Numbered from the stretch's first letter, positions 35,995-43,378 are shown. The stretch: 57,475 bases of DNA from an uncultured virus (IMG/VR IMGVR_UViG_3300008116_000021) (IMGVR_UViG_3300008116_000021), one strand, 5' to 3'. The notes: a model not told the origin generated them from the sequence alone. Program-made: numbers and translations.

Positions 35995-36911
35995 TCTTCG
36001 GCAAGACGTGCAAAGTACGAGAGTGCATCATCATCCTCATCTTCCTCAACCGCAGCACGACGGGTAGGTTGCAGATTGTTGAGTTCGGTGCGAAGGTCTT
36101 CATCGAGTTCCTTCACAGGACCACGGGTGTTGTCCTCATCAAACTCTTCGGGATCTTGATAGCGGGGAGTGCCCTTGTTACCCAGTACATAATCAAGACG
36201 CTTCTTCAGTTCGTCATAGGACTTGAACTGATCGGCAGCAACGAGTTCGGCAAGCGAATACTGCTTCTTCCAGATTGCTTCCATCGCATCATCGTCGTCC
36301 AGGAGAGCTTCAGAGCGAGCAAACTCAGAGGAGTCATAATTGCGATAACCAGCGACATTCTTTGCCTTCAGTTTGAAGTTGGCACCAGCCCAGAAGTCAA
36401 ACGGATCAATTGCTTCCTCATCTTCAAACTCAGGTTGCATTGCAGCGGTGAGTTTGTCGAAGATCTTCTTACCATACTTGAACAGGAAGACCTTACCTTC
36501 ATTGGCAGGGTTGGCAGGATCCTTCACCACATAAATATTGGACACATAGGTCAGTTTACGCTTCTGCTTACGGGCAAGTTCCTTACCAGCATCAGTGCCG
36601 TTGTTCCACAGTTCGGAGTTCAGTTCGGACACAGGATCTTTCTGACCCAGAGTGGTCAGCGAGTTCTCGATGTACCAACCACCAGGACCTTGGAAGGCGT
36701 GGGAATAAAGTTTCACAAACGGCAGGTCTTCGCCGTTGGGAGCAGGCAGGAAACGGATTACGGCATAACCATTGCCGCTCTTATCTACATCCAGTTTCCA
36801 CAAGCGGTCATCACTAGAACCGCTGCTAGTATTCATTTTTTCTACTTCTTTGACCAATTTGGCAGTAAGATTGCCCAGCTTGGACTGCTTTTTAAGGTCG
36901 GAAAACGACAT
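35991..36911 (-). CDS. gp32: single-stranded DNA-binding protein gp32
   Basis: DDRLWK...DKSGNGYAVIRFLPAP, HAFQGPGGWYIENSLTT, YGKKIFDK, acidic tail. Confidence 0.97.
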   Translation of the reverse strand: MSFSDLKKQSKLGNLTAKLVKEVEKMNTSSGSSDDRLWKLDVDKSGNGYAVIRFLPAPNGEDLPFVKLYSHAFQGPGGWYIENSLTTLGQKDPVSELNSELWNNGTDAGKELARKQKRKLTYVSNIYVVKDPANPANEGKVFLFKYGKKIFDKLTAAMQPEFEDEEAIDPFDFWAGANFKLKAKNVAGYRNYDSSEFARSEALLDDDDAMEAIWKKQYSLAELVAADQFKSYDELKKRLDYVLGNKGTPRYQDPEEFDEDNTRGPVKELDEDLRTELNNLQPTRRAAVEEDEDDDALSYFARLAEE

Positions 36912-36954
36912 TTGGATTACCTCGGATAAATTGGATTCGGGGGATTACTCGGAT

Positions 36955-36983
36955 AGTATAGCGAAAATTGAATCACCTGTCAA
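36955..36983 (-). promoter_or_regulatory. sigma70-like promoter of gp32, TTGACA-N17-TATACT
   Basis: Hexamers at 36983-36978 and 36960-36955. Confidence 0.8.
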
Positions 36984-37305
36984 TGAATTGTTTGAGTGAC
37001 TCAATGGTTTTGTTCATACTACTGAATAAAACTTGCATATCAGTCTCTGGTGGGAAACCCATCAGTGCTACTGACTTGCGTAGGTTCTCTTTCATCTCAA
37101 CCGCTTGTGGGTCATCTGAAAGGGACAACCTAGTATACATCACTCTCTGCTTTTCTAGCAAGAGCTCAAGTTTTTCAATGTGTTCCAGTTTAGTCTCACG
37201 GGGCATCATACCAAAAGTTAGAATGCTTCCGTAGATTTCTTCTTGTAACTTGTTGATTTCTCTCAGTTCGTCTTGAATAATGTCGGAGTCAAAAAAGCTA
37301 CTCAT
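36973..37305 (-). CDS. DUF1825 family protein
   Basis: MS.FFDSDIIQ.EL..I..LQ...LLEKQ..MY.RL.LSDDP.A..M. Confidence 0.85.
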   Translation of the reverse strand: MSSFFDSDIIQDELREINKLQEEIYGSILTFGMMPRETKLEHIEKLELLLEKQRVMYTRLSLSDDPQAVEMKENLRKSVALMGFPPETDMQVLFSSMNKTIESLKQFIDR

Positions 37306-37840
37306 CTATGATGTCCCTTAAAATTTTTTTTAAACTTACGGATTCCCACACCGGGTCCAAAAGTTGCTTATCAAAAGTTTTCCCGAACAGGAATATTTTA
37401 TCATAAATCACTAGGGTTTCAAGGGAAATTTTCCCGCCCAGGAACTTTTTAAGGACGGGTGGATGACCTTTGGAACAATTCAAGGCATCGTCTAATTTGA
37501 TTTCCGAGAATAATTCGTTGCTTTGTTCTTTGAACAAGTAAGTCAAACTCTGTTGGCGACGCATCCAATCTGCGTAAGTCCTTTCTCCAGAATTGATAAT
37601 TTCTCCAATCCATAAGTTTTGTGGGTTGTCTGCGGATACAAAGTTTGATAATAGAAAATCTACAATTTCCCGATCGGAATACTTTCTCGATGTTTTTTCA
37701 AACCAATATTTGTCTTTTCTTTTATTGAAAGATGTGATAGTGGCTCTTGATTTACCTCCATACTTAAAAAAGTCATATTTACTATTCGTAAAATGACTTT
37801 TCATCGAAAGATAAGTTTGATATGTCTCAAATGGACTCAT
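37298..37840 (-). CDS. gp59: helicase loader gp59
   Basis: Start MSPFETYQTYLSMKSHFT at 37840; YDFFKY.GK, F.KRKDKYWFEK, ISLETL; C-terminus appears shortened. Confidence 0.9.
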   Translation of the reverse strand: MSPFETYQTYLSMKSHFTNSKYDFFKYGGKSRATITSFNKRKDKYWFEKTSRKYSDREIVDFLLSNFVSADNPQNLWIGEIINSGERTYADWMRRQQSLTYLFKEQSNELFSEIKLDDALNCSKGHPPVLKKFLGGKISLETLVIYDKIFLFGKTFDKQLLDPVWESVSLKKILRDIIDE

Positions 37841-38097
37841 AACGGAAGTCGTGCTCTCGAAGTCTTTTTCATGAAGTTGAGACGTGTGGCATCCCATTTC
37901 AGACGCTCTTTCAAAGGTTTTGAAATGAGCTTCACAACAGATTCTACTTCAAGACTATTAATTTCGCAATAGTGAACAATAGCATCAATATAATTGAAGT
38001 TTTCTTCCGCGACAATCTTTTCAATCTCAAGAGCAAACTTGGAAGGGGTTAAAAATTTACTTTCTATTGCCTGTTCTAGTTCTTTATTTGGTTCCAT
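37837..38097 (-). CDS. gp33: late transcription coactivator gp33
   Basis: Start MEPNKELE at 38097; F..EIE.IV...YIDAIVHYCE.N.LE.E.V.KLISKPLKE.LK.DA..LNF. Confidence 0.9.
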   Translation of the reverse strand: MEPNKELEQAIESKFLTPSKFALEIEKIVAEENFNYIDAIVHYCEINSLEVESVVKLISKPLKERLKWDATRLNFMKKTSRARLPL

Positions 38098-38764
38098 AGA
38101 GCTCCAGTTTATCTCTAACAAACGTTCTAATGTATTTGCTGAGCAGTTTGATGTATTTTGATTTGTCTCGTTCTTCATAGACAACGCATTCTCCATTTTC
38201 ACAAGCCATAATGATTACAAGTTTTTTGACTGAAATACCAGTCAGTTCGTATAGCATACAACCATATGCCATACATTGAACAAAATAGTGTTCAATCCAC
38301 TCGCGTGGTTTTGGTTTTTTGGAAGTCTTAAAGTCAATTATTGCTAACTCGCCGTCATATTCGGCAATGCAGTCAACTGTCCCAGCAATTCCCAGTTGTT
38401 TACTATATAGGGACCCTTCAAGGGCGTAAATATTATTTATACGTTTTAAATCCGTTTTCGCAATTTTAAACAGAAAATCCGCCATAGGCGCAACAGGCGG
38501 GAGATTCTTATTATCCAGATAGTTTTCCACAAGAGAATGCATATCTGTGCCCCGAGAAGTAGCCGCTTTAGTAATTTTCTGCGCCTCCTCCTCACCAACC
38601 TTTTTGCGCCAGTTATCGAAGATTTCACGATTAAAATGACTCGTAACAGAAGTAATCGAAACTAAGCGAAGAAGACTTTCTTCATCTGGAACCTTATAAT
38701 AGCGAATACCATCAATTGTTTCACGCTCCAACTTAGGGAGTTCAATATCAACACGTTTAAACAT
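38084..38764 (-). CDS. PD-(D/E)XK exonuclease (cyanophage exonuclease A type)
   Basis: SITSV, WRKKVG, RGT.MH, IAGTVDCIAEYDG.LAIIDFKTS, YFVQ..AY. Confidence 0.9.
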   Translation of the reverse strand: MFKRVDIELPKLERETIDGIRYYKVPDEESLLRLVSITSVTSHFNREIFDNWRKKVGEEEAQKITKAATSRGTDMHSLVENYLDNKNLPPVAPMADFLFKIAKTDLKRINNIYALEGSLYSKQLGIAGTVDCIAEYDGELAIIDFKTSKKPKPREWIEHYFVQCMAYGCMLYELTGISVKKLVIIMACENGECVVYEERDKSKYIKLLSKYIRTFVRDKLELYGTK

Positions 38765-39522
38765 TAAAAACCAGATTCCATTTTTGCGATGATGTATTCC
38801 TTAACAAGTCCAGAACGAACAATGTCTTCTACACCAAATTCAATTATATCAAACGAAGGCATTTTACGCAAGACCGACATAAAATCAACGATACCATTAC
38901 GCTCGTTTGTTTTTTGTAAGTCCGACTGAGATGCATCACCACAGAAACAAATCTTGGTATTCTCACCAACACGAGTAATAATAGAATCAAGCTCGTGGAA
39001 GTTTAGATTTTGAAACTCATCTACAATCACAATAGCATTATCAAGAGTCGTTCCACGAAGGAATGAAGTGCTCCAAAACTTAATAGTTTCTTGTGACTTC
39101 AAGTTACCATAAAGCATCTCAAAGTCTGCATCAGAAGGCATCTGGAACATATACTTCACCATATTCTTATAAGGAATCTGGTAAATGTCTGCTTTGTCCT
39201 CATGAGAACCAGGCAAAAATCCAATCTCTCTTGTGGCGACTAGAGAGCGAACAAGGTAGATTCGTTCGTAAGGAGTTCTTTCATCCAGAACATCACACAG
39301 AGCATTATAAAGAGTAATGAATGTTTTACCTGTTCCAGCACATCCATATGCTACAAGATGTTTTCCATCTACATAAGAATCGAAAAGACGTTTTTGATTA
39401 TCTGTAAGGGGATCAATCTCAACTAAGTAATCTGCACTTAGAGGTTTTCTCCTTTTCATCTGTTTTGCAGTTAGACCAACTCCGATTGGTTGGTCAATAT
39501 TGCCTCTTTTTCTTCTTGCCAT
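38764..39522 (-). CDS. phoH: PhoH-like ATPase
   Basis: G.AGTGKT, VRS, IGFLPG, SFLRGTTL, VDE.QN, CGD..Q.DL, DIVRSG. Confidence 0.96.
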   Translation of the reverse strand: MARRKRGNIDQPIGVGLTAKQMKRRKPLSADYLVEIDPLTDNQKRLFDSYVDGKHLVAYGCAGTGKTFITLYNALCDVLDERTPYERIYLVRSLVATREIGFLPGSHEDKADIYQIPYKNMVKYMFQMPSDADFEMLYGNLKSQETIKFWSTSFLRGTTLDNAIVIVDEFQNLNFHELDSIITRVGENTKICFCGDASQSDLQKTNERNGIVDFMSVLRKMPSFDIIEFGVEDIVRSGLVKEYIIAKMESGF

Positions 39523-39770
39523 TAGATTTTCTTTACGCGAGAACCAGGTGCTTTTGATGCCTTATGAAGGACATCATTCCATCCAGGATTACGATTGATC
39601 AGTTTATCTTTCCACTCACCAACCTCTCCAGGAGAAGGACAAGTCGAAGGATCAGACCAGTCACGAGTCCAGTCTGGATTATCATTTTTCCACTGGTCCC
39701 AGTCGTGGATACTCATTTCCACTTCTTTCTGTTCACCAGTTTTTGTATTCACTACAGGATATGTTGCCAT
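39522..39770 (-). CDS. conserved cyanophage hypothetical protein
   Basis: M.TYPV.N..TGE.KEV.MS...W....NP.W...GW.DVL.K....PGS; usual position between thyX and phoH. Confidence 0.8.
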   Translation of the reverse strand: MATYPVVNTKTGEQKEVEMSIHDWDQWKNDNPDWTRDWSDPSTCPSPGEVGEWKDKLINRNPGWNDVLHKASKAPGSRVKKI

Positions 39771-39797
39771 TGTTATAATTTCAAGATAATTTATTTA

Positions 39798-40454
39798 TTA
39801 GTAAATCCAACCTTCAAACTTTGTCCATTCAAGTGCTTCGGCAACTGCAGGAAACTGCTCAATAAACACATTTTTACAGGCAAGTGCAATGTCCATGTGT
39901 TCTTTCTGAGTCCCATTAGCAGAGCGAAGATTGATATAATGTATCCATGACCTGCACGATCCACTCATATAGATACGTGTGGGCGTCGCCAAGGGTAGTA
40001 CAAACCTTGCACACTCCTTAGCAACCCCATGGGCGAGAAGTTCCTTGTAGAGTTGCATAGAGTGCGTAAAATGCTCTTGAATTTTGCTCTGCAAAGTCAG
40101 TTTTTCATAGTCAGAAATATCATCAATCGAATTCTGACGATTCTTAGTATCTTGGCGACGCAAATCAGGAACGGGAATATACTCAGAGATCAATGACGTA
40201 TCGGCATAACGCTGAGAAAACTCTTGGTAGGTGAAACTCCTGTGGCGCAGAATTTGTGCTGCGATACCACGATTCGTCTCAATCTCAAGAGTCATAAAAG
40301 ACTGCTCAAAAACAGACCAATGATTATGCTTAATACAATAAGCAAGCAACTTGGCATAGTTTTCGTTGTCTTGATTCGCTGGGTTGCTAACTCTAGCAAC
40401 ATACGCCATTGTTTGTTCTGCATCGGGCGTCACACTGATGAGTTTTACAGTCAT
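39798..40454 (-). CDS. thyX: flavin-dependent thymidylate synthase
   Basis: ARVSNP, HWSVFE, QILRHRSF.YQEFSQRY, ECARFVLP, RSWIHY..LR. Confidence 0.96.
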   Translation of the reverse strand: MTVKLISVTPDAEQTMAYVARVSNPANQDNENYAKLLAYCIKHNHWSVFEQSFMTLEIETNRGIAAQILRHRSFTYQEFSQRYADTSLISEYIPVPDLRRQDTKNRQNSIDDISDYEKLTLQSKIQEHFTHSMQLYKELLAHGVAKECARFVLPLATPTRIYMSGSCRSWIHYINLRSANGTQKEHMDIALACKNVFIEQFPAVAEALEWTKFEGWIY

Positions 40455-40627
40455 TTCTTTCCAAATCCTTTGAATGTGTGTGCTTCTAGTCTTGCAACTT
40501 CTTCTTCTGCCTCACGAAGACGTTTTTTCATCTCATGCATTTCAGTTTCACTATACAAGTGATTCTGTGCAACAAGTCTCTTCATCAATTTTAAGAGTTC
40601 TTTTGCTTTTTTAGTCTGTGTATCCAT
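40451..40627 (-). CDS. hypothetical protein
   Basis: Likely start at 40627; LYSE.E...MK..L...KGFG pattern. Confidence 0.65.
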   Translation of the reverse strand: MDTQTKKAKELLKLMKRLVAQNHLYSETEMHEMKKRLREAEEEVARLEAHTFKGFGKK

Positions 40628-40775
40628 CGTCATCATCAAAAATCTCGTCGTAATCTGTGTGTGTTTGATTTTGTGGTGCTCTGTAAGCAGAAACGTCAGA
40701 ATAAATTTCCACCTTTAAAGAATCTACCAACATTTCCAGATTACGGACAATTAGTTTTAGTTTGTCTCTGTCCAT
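40611..40775 (-). CDS. conserved hypothetical protein (54 aa, not in ORF track)
   Basis: MDRDKLKLIVRNLEMLVDSLKVEIYSDVSAY...DYDEIFDDDDGY. Confidence 0.8.
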   Translation of the reverse strand: MDRDKLKLIVRNLEMLVDSLKVEIYSDVSAYRAPQNQTHTDYDEIFDDDDGYTD

Positions 40776-40806
40776 AGGATAGTATTCTCTCTAAGTATCA
40801 TAACAT

Positions 40807-40834
40807 AAAAAAAGGAGGGGATCAACCCCTCCTT
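40807..40834 (-). terminator. intrinsic terminator of the DUF4278 mini-operon
   Basis: AAGGAGGGG-TTGAT-CCCCTCC followed by T7; overlaps a TTGATC-N17-TATGAT promoter for the downstream genes. Confidence 0.8.
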
Positions 40835-40840
40835 GATAAT

Positions 40841-40927
40841 TTACTTATAAAGCCACTGAATGTATGATGACAACAATATAGTCATCAGTGCAATCGCAGC
40901 AGTTGAAGATACAATAAATTGTGCCAT
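40841..40927 (-). CDS. 28-aa hydrophobic micro-protein
   Basis: MAQFIVSSTAAIALMTILLSSYIQWLYK; TGATG-coupled to the upstream ORF and ends just before the terminator. Confidence 0.5.
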   Translation of the reverse strand: MAQFIVSSTAAIALMTILLSSYIQWLYK

Positions 40928-41025
40928 CACTTTGCTGCAACTAGTTGTGCTAGTTGGGCTTGATGACGACGCTCTTCTTTTTGTTTTTGTTCTTTGATTA
41001 TTTGAAGGAAGTTAAGTTTTTTCAC
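40927..41025 (-). CDS. 32-aa basic/Gln-rich micro-protein
   Basis: GTG start coupled to the DUF4278 stop, GGAGG RBS; MKKLNFLQIIKEQKQKEERRHQAQLAQLVAAK. Confidence 0.6.
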   Translation of the reverse strand: MKKLNFLQIIKEQKQKEERRHQAQLAQLVAAK

Positions 41026-41180
41026 TTCTGCACCTCCATGTTTTTACATGGGCGGTATGCTAATCCACGATATGTATTTTGTGGATGAGCAGGAGCATGA
41101 GTCTTGAGATACCAAGTTTCATACTCTTTCTTTGCATTGTCGGTGTCGTATTGACAACCTCTATAAACGGCTTTAGACAT
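41022..41180 (-). CDS. DUF4278 family protein (related to the GifB/IF17 N-terminus), 52 aa
   Basis: MSKAVYRGCQY...TYRGLAY (double YRG..Y motif); AAGGAG RBS; directly downstream of the aptamers. Confidence 0.8.
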   Translation of the reverse strand: MSKAVYRGCQYDTDNAKKEYETWYLKTHAPAHPQNTYRGLAYRPCKNMEVQK

Positions 41181-41204
41181 TAGGTTTTCTCCTTAATTTT
41201 GAGG

Positions 41205-41381
41205 CTAAAGAGCGTTCCTTCAGTCGGCTTTTGCGTCTATTTTGCACTCCTTTGGAGAGATTTGTTTGATCTCCCATATCAAATCATTCTTAGCTTGTTT
41301 GGGAATGTTCTGTTGTTGAACTCTTCCCGCAATTAATTGTGCTTGAAGGCATGAAAGAATGAGTGTCTCCATAGATGAACG
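41205..41381 (-). promoter_or_regulatory. glutamine riboswitch-like aptamer 2 (glnA/Downstream-peptide family) with an ORF in the P2 loop
   Basis: CGTTCA-TCTAT...ATAGA-CGCAAAAGCCGACTGAAG-GAACG; P1 CGTTC/GAACG, P2 TCTAT/ATAGA; possible pseudoknot CTGAAG/CTTTAG. Confidence 0.75.
41220..41372 (-). CDS. 50-aa two-Cys helical protein encoded inside aptamer 2
   Basis: METLILSCLQAQ...KECKIDAKAD; ATG lies in the 5' strand of P2 and the stop in the aptamer 3' half. Confidence 0.65.
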   Translation of the reverse strand: METLILSCLQAQLIAGRVQQQNIPKQAKNDLIWEIKQISPKECKIDAKAD

Positions 41382-41384
41382 ATC

Positions 41385-41636
41385 CGTTCCGAGTCGGCTT
41401 ACTTCCGTCCTATTAAGTTTTAGCACCTTGTAATCACATCCTTTCGGAGTTCTAATAGCAATTGGTCTTCTTTTCTCTGGTGAACAACATCGTCGTTTTT
41501 AACGATGTCCATTAGTTCCCACGCTGCGTTACAACTTATTGTGACTGGAAATTCAGTCTTATTAGGTTGTGGTGAGGCAACAGAAAGAAGTGGAACCCAT
41601 GCTAAAAGCAAAAGTGCTTTAGTCATAGGATGAACG
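41385..41636 (-). promoter_or_regulatory. glutamine riboswitch-like aptamer 1 with an ORF in the P2 loop
   Basis: CGTTCA-TCCTAT...ATAGGA-CGGAAGTAAGCCGACTCG-GAACG; P1 CGTTC/GAACG, P2 TCCTAT/ATAGGA. Confidence 0.75.
41420..41626 (-). CDS. 68-aa signal-peptide, two-Cys protein encoded inside aptamer 1
   Basis: MTKALLLLAWVPLLSVA signal-like N-terminus; ISC...EL....C pattern shared with 41220..41372. Confidence 0.7.
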   Translation of the reverse strand: MTKALLLLAWVPLLSVASPQPNKTEFPVTISCNAAWELMDIVKNDDVVHQRKEDQLLLELRKDVITRC

Positions 41637-41692
41637 TTAGAGGAATATTATACCTCTATTCATCTTATATAGGTGAGAAATATCTTGAAATA

Positions 41693-41706
41693 GTAACAAT
41701 AGATAC
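41693..41706. promoter_or_regulatory. NtcA binding site (GTA-N8-TAC)
   Basis: GTAACAATAGATAC lies between two minus-strand TATAAT boxes (41726-41721 and 41652-41647), upstream of the aptamers. Confidence 0.65.
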
Positions 41707-41728
41707 AAAAATGTATCTATATTATACT

Positions 41729-41761
41729 AAAAAGCGTGAAGATTTGTGAAAACCCTCACGC
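41729..41761 (-). terminator. intrinsic terminator
   Basis: GCGTGAGGGTTT-TCAC-AAATCTTCACGC followed by TTTTT. Confidence 0.7.
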
Positions 41762-41801
41762 AAGAAAATTTTGCCGGAAAAATTTTGCCTTATATGAGGA
41801 A

Positions 41802-42155
41802 TTACTTTCGCTTTTTGGTTTTGGGTGATTGATAACCCCAGAGTTTAGGATTGACTCTACCATACCCAAAGTCAATGTCTTTTAAGTTTTCACGAAACTT
41901 ATCCCAATACATATCAAACAAACGAGTTCTTGTTCCCCTGGTCAGATCAAAACAAATTTTTTCATCAACAATATACTTGATAATATAAGCATCATTTGGT
42001 GCTTCTTTGGTACAAACATCAGCATATGAACCATTTTCAACAAGAATGTCACACCCATAGCGAGACTTACAAGTTTCTTTTTCTGCTGGTGTCCAATAGT
42101 CCATATGCTTTTCCGTACTTTGCGTTTGTTCAATCACATCACTAAGTTGACTCAC
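41802..42155 (-). CDS. conserved cyanophage hypothetical protein
   Basis: Likely GTGA-coupled start at 42155; P.DAY...Y......DL.RG....LFD.YWD...G..NPKLWG. Confidence 0.75.
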   Translation of the reverse strand: MSQLSDVIEQTQSTEKHMDYWTPAEKETCKSRYGCDILVENGSYADVCTKEAPNDAYIIKYIVDEKICFDLTRGTRTRLFDMYWDKFRENLKDIDFGYGRVNPKLWGYQSPKTKKRK

Positions 42156-42751
42156 GAACGCCCTCCCCAAGTAATATCAGGATATGCCTCAGAGACAATT
42201 TCCTTCGTAATCTTATACTTTTCGGATAGATTTTTATCCTTTACAAGGCAAATGATTTCTGCTTCAAGAGGATGAAGCCCTTCAAGAATATTAATAAACA
42301 TTGTTTCACGACGAATGCTATTCAAAGCATCGTTACCACCTTTAATAAAGTGATAGAAGTTTACATACTCTCTACGAATCGTCGTGTGTCCTTGACGATC
42401 TGTTGCTCCAAGAGAGAATGATCCAGTCTCGTGCATCCTACGGATGTCCTCGGTAATCTTAGTGCTTAAAGAACCACTATAAGAAGTCTGTTCAGCATAT
42501 CCAGAATAAGGAACAGGACCAGTTGGAAGAACAGAAATGATGGATTCATCAAAGTTCCAAATTAAAGTTGCCTTAAGCGAAGGATGCTCATATTTTTTAA
42601 GAACTTCCACTTTCTTAGCATTGGACTTTTGCTTAGATACTAAATCAAATACTTCAAAAGCAAAAGGACTTGTTGGAAGTTCTACGATAGCAGTTTCTTT
42701 TACTACCTTTGGTTTAGTCGTCGTTGTCTTCTTCTGTGTCGTCGTAGTCAT
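42152..42751 (-). CDS. conserved T4-like phage hypothetical protein
   Basis: KK.EVL..Y....L..NFD.SI...LP.G.VPY...RRE.MFI.ILEGLHP.EAEI. Confidence 0.85.
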   Translation of the reverse strand: MTTTTQKKTTTTKPKVVKETAIVELPTSPFAFEVFDLVSKQKSNAKKVEVLKKYEHPSLKATLIWNFDESIISVLPTGPVPYSGYAEQTSYSGSLSTKITEDIRRMHETGSFSLGATDRQGHTTIRREYVNFYHFIKGGNDALNSIRRETMFINILEGLHPLEAEIICLVKDKNLSEKYKITKEIVSEAYPDITWGGRS

Positions 42752-42944
42752 GATAGTTCTCAAAATTAAATGCAATCACCTCATCTGGAATCAGGTTGCC
42801 CTGGTTATCGAACATTTCGGGGTGAGGTCTTGGTATTTCCCGATAGTTCATCATATATTCTCTTGCTACCCAACCTGCCATTATCCCCACTATAAGAAAC
42901 AAAAAGGTTAGAAAGGAACCGAAAACTAAACTAACTGCTAACAT
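42714..42944 (-). CDS. small membrane protein
   Basis: N-terminal TM helix, HPEMFD..GN...DE..AF.F. Confidence 0.75.
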   Translation of the reverse strand: MLAVSLVFGSFLTFLFLIVGIMAGWVAREYMMNYREIPRPHPEMFDNQGNLIPDEVIAFNFENYHDYDDTEEDNDD

Positions 42945-43182
42945 TTCTTTTACCTCGGGAAACTACTTTTTTCTTCCTTGACTTAAAGGAAAATTCAAAA
43001 TAGATAGTGACTTCCCGATTTAGAAAGCAAACTATCTTCTCAAAGATAATGTGGAATGGTTGAGTTTGCTTTCTTTTCCCTCCATTAAGTATGAGTTCAA
43101 TACCACGATTAAAGTGGTCTTCAGTTTTATTTAGGTCACGATTTGATGACTTGTTGTTCTTTGAGGAATTTGATTGTGTCAA
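42931..43182 (-). CDS. hypothetical protein (start uncertain)
   Basis: NRGIEL.L...R....F...F...L.RE....F pattern; overlaps the nrdC 3' end. Confidence 0.55.
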   Translation of the reverse strand: MTQSNSSKNNKSSNRDLNKTEDHFNRGIELILNGGKRKQTQPFHIIFEKIVCFLNREVTIYFEFSFKSRKKKVVSRGKRNVSS

Positions 43183-43378
43183 CGGATCCTCCTATTTTTT
43201 TATCGTCACAAATAACTTGAGGAAAAGTAGATCCCTCGCCAAACTCGGCATAGAATTCCTCTCTAGTAAAGTCTTGTCCTAAAGTATACACTACAAACTT
43301 CTGTTCTGTCAACTCTAATACTTGTTTGACTTTACTGCAATACGGGCAATTTTCTTTTGAATAGACTGTAAAGTTCAT
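43136..43378 (-). CDS. nrdC: glutaredoxin
   Basis: CPYC active site, TFPQV, IGG. Confidence 0.93.
   Translation of the reverse strand: MNFTVYSKENCPYCSKVKQVLELTEQKFVVYTLGQDFTREEFYAEFGEGSTFPQVICDDKKIGGSVDTIKFLKEQQVIKS

Noticed and set aside
36069..36929. 286-aa plus-strand ORF
   Set aside because: Antisense shadow of the highly codon-biased gp32.
38084..38764. Cas4/CRISPR association of the exonuclease
   Set aside because: No Fe-S cysteine cluster pattern and no array; this is the usual exonuclease between phoH and gp33.
41373..41426. TTG-start extension of the 41220 ORF (68 aa in the track)
   Set aside because: The extension just reads through aptamer sequence; ATG 41372 mirrors the position of the ATG in aptamer 1.
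41713..41727. Second NtcA-like site
   Set aside because: Spacing is GTA-N9-TAC rather than N8.
41762..41789. Short tandem repeat gaaaattttgcc/gaaaaattttgcc
   Set aside because: Only two low-complexity copies; no function can be supported from this window.
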